From: an uncultured Acidobacteriota bacterium
GTDB lineage: Bacteria > Acidobacteriota > Vicinamibacteria > Fen-336
NCBI GenBank assembly: GCA_963720545.1
Contig: OY970399.1
Span: 832,001 to 896,000, forward strand
Direction of reading: 5' to 3'
Length of the DNA: 64,000 nucleotides
The first letter of the stretch is position 1. Each line of letters begins with the position of its first letter. The notes under the pieces were generated by a model, which ran no database searches, was not told where the DNA came from, and worked only from the letters and a program-made list of their open reading frames with translations. A program made the position numbers and the translations under genes. Positions 61,792 to 64,000 of this stretch are shown here, piece after piece.

Positions 61792-62840
61792 AACGACTCG
61801 CACGCCTCGCCGCGATCGTAGTCGCCGCCGCCGCGGTGTCGGGGTCAACGTGTCGCCGCAACGAGCCGGTGGTGCAGGACCAGCGCATCGACGCGTTGCG
61901 CGCCGAGAACGACAAGCTGCGCGAGCAGGTGAACGCTCTGATGGCGAAGGACCCGATCGTGACCAGGCTCAGCCAGATCGTCGAGCCGGTGATCCTGGCC
62001 ATCCGGCCGAAGATGGTGGAGCGCGTGATCAACGAGGTGACCTTCCACTACCTCGACGAGGTGCTGCTGGACCTCGAGCCCAATATCCACGTGAACTACA
62101 CGCGCGAGATCACGCGCAAGACCCTCATCGGCAAGGTCAAGGCCGGCACCCTGACCGTCAATATCGACGTGCGCGCCATCAAGGGGCGCATGACCTCGAG
62201 AGAACCGCGCGTGGCCTTCGCCGGCGGCAACCGCGTCGACCTCGCCATACCCGTGCGCGTCGACCGCGGCGAGGGGCTCGCCGACTTCTTCTTCAGTTGG
62301 GACTCCGCGGGCCTCGCGAACCTGTTGTGCAAGGACTTCCAGTTCACCGACAAGCTGAAGGGCACGATCGTCACCGCCGACTACCCCCTGCGCGCCGGCT
62401 ACGTGTTGTCGGCCACCGCCAAGACCATCGCCGCGACACCGGTGTTCCCGCCGCAGAAGTTCCGCCTGCGCCTCGACCTCACGCCCGAGTCGTGGACGCG
62501 CGTGCAGCGCGCCTTCGAGGACCAGGACTCGTTCGGCAAGTGCGGCGTCGCGATCGATCCGCAAAAGGCCATGGAACGCCTGAAGGAGATCGGCCAGCGC
62601 GGCTTCGACGTGAAGCTGCCGAAGTCGCTGATCCGCGGCATCGACCTGCCGGCGAGCGTCGAGCAGCAGGTCAACGTCGACGACAACATCGTGGCGCTGA
62701 CGGTGAAGCCGGGCGTCCTCAGCCTCGACAAGGACACCCTGATCTTCAGCTCGGCGGTCACCACCTCGGTCGCGGCAATGGCTATCGACCCACTACAATC
62801 GAAGAAGAAGCGCACAACCAGGCAGAAGGAGTTGAAATGA
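61788..62840 (+). CDS. Hypothetical exported protein
   Basis: Signal/lipobox-like N-terminus, coiled coil, beta-rich body; overlaps neighbours by 4 bp. Confidence 0.75.
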   Translation: MKRLARLAAIVVAAAAVSGSTCRRNEPVVQDQRIDALRAENDKLREQVNALMAKDPIVTRLSQIVEPVILAIRPKMVERVINEVTFHYLDEVLLDLEPNIHVNYTREITRKTLIGKVKAGTLTVNIDVRAIKGRMTSREPRVAFAGGNRVDLAIPVRVDRGEGLADFFFSWDSAGLANLLCKDFQFTDKLKGTIVTADYPLRAGYVLSATAKTIAATPVFPPQKFRLRLDLTPESWTRVQRAFEDQDSFGKCGVAIDPQKAMERLKEIGQRGFDVKLPKSLIRGIDLPASVEQQVNVDDNIVALTVKPGVLSLDKDTLIFSSAVTTSVAAMAIDPLQSKKKRTTRQKELK

Positions 62841-63259
62841 CTGTTCGCACGTCGGAAGCCGAGTGGAAGGGCACCCTCAAGGAGGGCGCCGGCATCATGC
62901 GCCTCGGCAGTGGCGCCTTCGAGGGCGCGTACTCGTTCCCGTCGCGGTTCGAAAGCGGCAAGGGCACGAACCCGGAAGAACTGATCGCCGCCGCGCACGC
63001 GGGCTGCTTCTCGATGGCGCTCTCCGCGGGTCTCGGTCGCGCGGGCTTCACACCCACCCGCATCCACACCGTGGCGAAGGTGCACCTCGGCGCCACCGAA
63101 GCCGGCCCCACGATCACGAAGATCGAACTGGTCGTCGAGGGCGAAGTCCCCGGCCTCGACGCCGACGGCTTCAAGACCCACGCCGAAGCCGCGAAGAAAG
63201 GTTGCGTCGTCTCCCGCGCCCTGGCCGGAGTCCCCGAAATCACCCTGACGGTGGCTTGA
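62837..63259 (+). CDS. osmC: OsmC peroxiredoxin
   Basis: YSFPSRFE, TNPEELIAAAHAGCFSMAL, AKKGCVVSRAL; AAGGAG RBS. Confidence 0.95.
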   Translation: MTVRTSEAEWKGTLKEGAGIMRLGSGAFEGAYSFPSRFESGKGTNPEELIAAAHAGCFSMALSAGLGRAGFTPTRIHTVAKVHLGATEAGPTITKIELVVEGEVPGLDADGFKTHAEAAKKGCVVSRALAGVPEITLTVA

Positions 63260-63260
63260 G

Positions 63261-63354
63261 CCCGTTCTCCCGAGCGCTTCCGACGCTTGCGCTGGCGCGA
63301 GGGATCTCCCCGTTTTCCTGAGCGCCCCGGGTCGTTCCCGGGCGCGAAGGATCT
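63261..63354. repeat. Tandem REP-like hairpin doublet
   Basis: cccgttctcccgagcgc..gcgcgagggatct (63261-63307) and cccgttttcctgagcgc..gcgcgaaggatct (63309-63354). Confidence 0.7.
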
Positions 63355-63362
63355 GCCGTTCG

Positions 63363-63749
63363 CTACCGCGTGGTAAACGGCTTCTCCACCGCGTTGACCT
63401 TCAGCAAATAGCTGCCCGCCGGAAACGCACCATCGAGCTTGATGGTCGCGTCATAAAGCTTCGCGATCTGCGTGCAGATGGCGTCGGTGGGCCGTTTGCG
63501 GGTGATGGTCACGGTCACTGTGTTGCCTTCGCGCCTCTGCTCGACGCCATTGAGCTCCGAGCAGCCATCGCCAAGGATTCCTGTAACGTGCGCCGACACC
63601 TGCGGCGGCGCGCTCTCCAGCACCAGGACGTCCACCGAGTCGATGGTGATGGAGTCGATGCTGATGCCGCTGGGCGCACTTGGATTGTCGTAGCAGCCCA
63701 CGGCAAACAGCGCGCAGGCGGAGAGAGCGGCAAGCTGGCGGAGCCTCAT
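63363..63749 (-). CDS. Hypothetical lipoprotein (Ig-like, two Cys)
   Basis: FAVGC lipobox; LGDGC...AICTQ. Confidence 0.75.
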   Translation of the reverse strand: MRLRQLAALSACALFAVGCYDNPSAPSGISIDSITIDSVDVLVLESAPPQVSAHVTGILGDGCSELNGVEQRREGNTVTVTITRKRPTDAICTQIAKLYDATIKLDGAFPAGSYLLKVNAVEKPFTTR

Positions 63750-63806
63750 GAATCCATCTTGCCGCAAGAGCGGGCGCTCGCAAAGGGCGCGACGCTCTTT
63801 GACGAT

Positions 63807-64000
63807 TCAAGCGTCTGGAACGGGCGGCGGAGGCTTCTCGAGCGTCAGGACGACGACCATGGCAGCGATGCCGGTGGCGGCGAGCGACAGCAGGCCGCTC
63901 GTGTAGCTGCCGGTCGCGTCTTTGAGATAGCCCATCGCATACGGGGCGGCGAAGCCGGCCAGGTTGCCGATGGAGTTGATCATCGCGATGCCACCCGCGG
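63807..64000 (-). CDS. MFS transporter (ACS family), C-terminal part
   Basis: Hand translation AGGIAMINSIGNLAGFAAPYAMGYLKDATGSY...; runs off the right edge. Confidence 0.85.
   Translation of the reverse strand, partial: AGGIAMINSIGNLAGFAAPYAMGYLKDATGSYTSGLLSLAATGIAAMVVVLTLEKPPPPVPDA

Noticed and set aside
63765..63801. Hairpin after the MFS gene as an intrinsic terminator
   Set aside because: Imperfect stem and no clear U-tract on the minus strand

Overview
High-GC bacterial DNA; the gene content suggests Acidobacteriota (inference). (1) 1-2035: two FG-GAP/VCBS-type secreted-protein genes broken by single-base deletions. (2) About 2177-30165: a ~28 kb island bounded by a perfect 47-bp direct repeat of the tRNA-Sec (selC, 30138-30236, minus) 3' end, with no integrase inside. 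It carries a low-oxygen/stress gene set: four universal stress proteins, two P-type ATPases, two Zn-ADHs, nrfHA (all-CxxCH NrfA), phosphoketolase-ackA, SulP/ArsR, a GGDEF protein, a PAS kinase and a sigma54 activator. Four sigma54 promoters are visible; three have paired CGCA-N5-TGCG sites exactly 42 nt upstream. The best novelty candidate is 16930-18345, which combines archaeo-eukaryotic primase (PriS-like) catalytic motifs with a PriL-CTD-like four-Cys tail and is translationally coupled to a TIM-barrel metalloenzyme. (3) 30255-42467: a minus-strand run (TonB receptor, three Tat-exported hydrolase-fold proteins including two M24-fold proteins with an altered E/E/H/H site, cstA, a two-component system, mmuM) ending at selC. 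(4) 42677-64000: mostly ordinary genes, including a cytochrome b-MsrP-like fusion, apparently leaderless/bidirectional promoters and a REP-like doublet. All calls come from reading motifs by eye; no searches were run.
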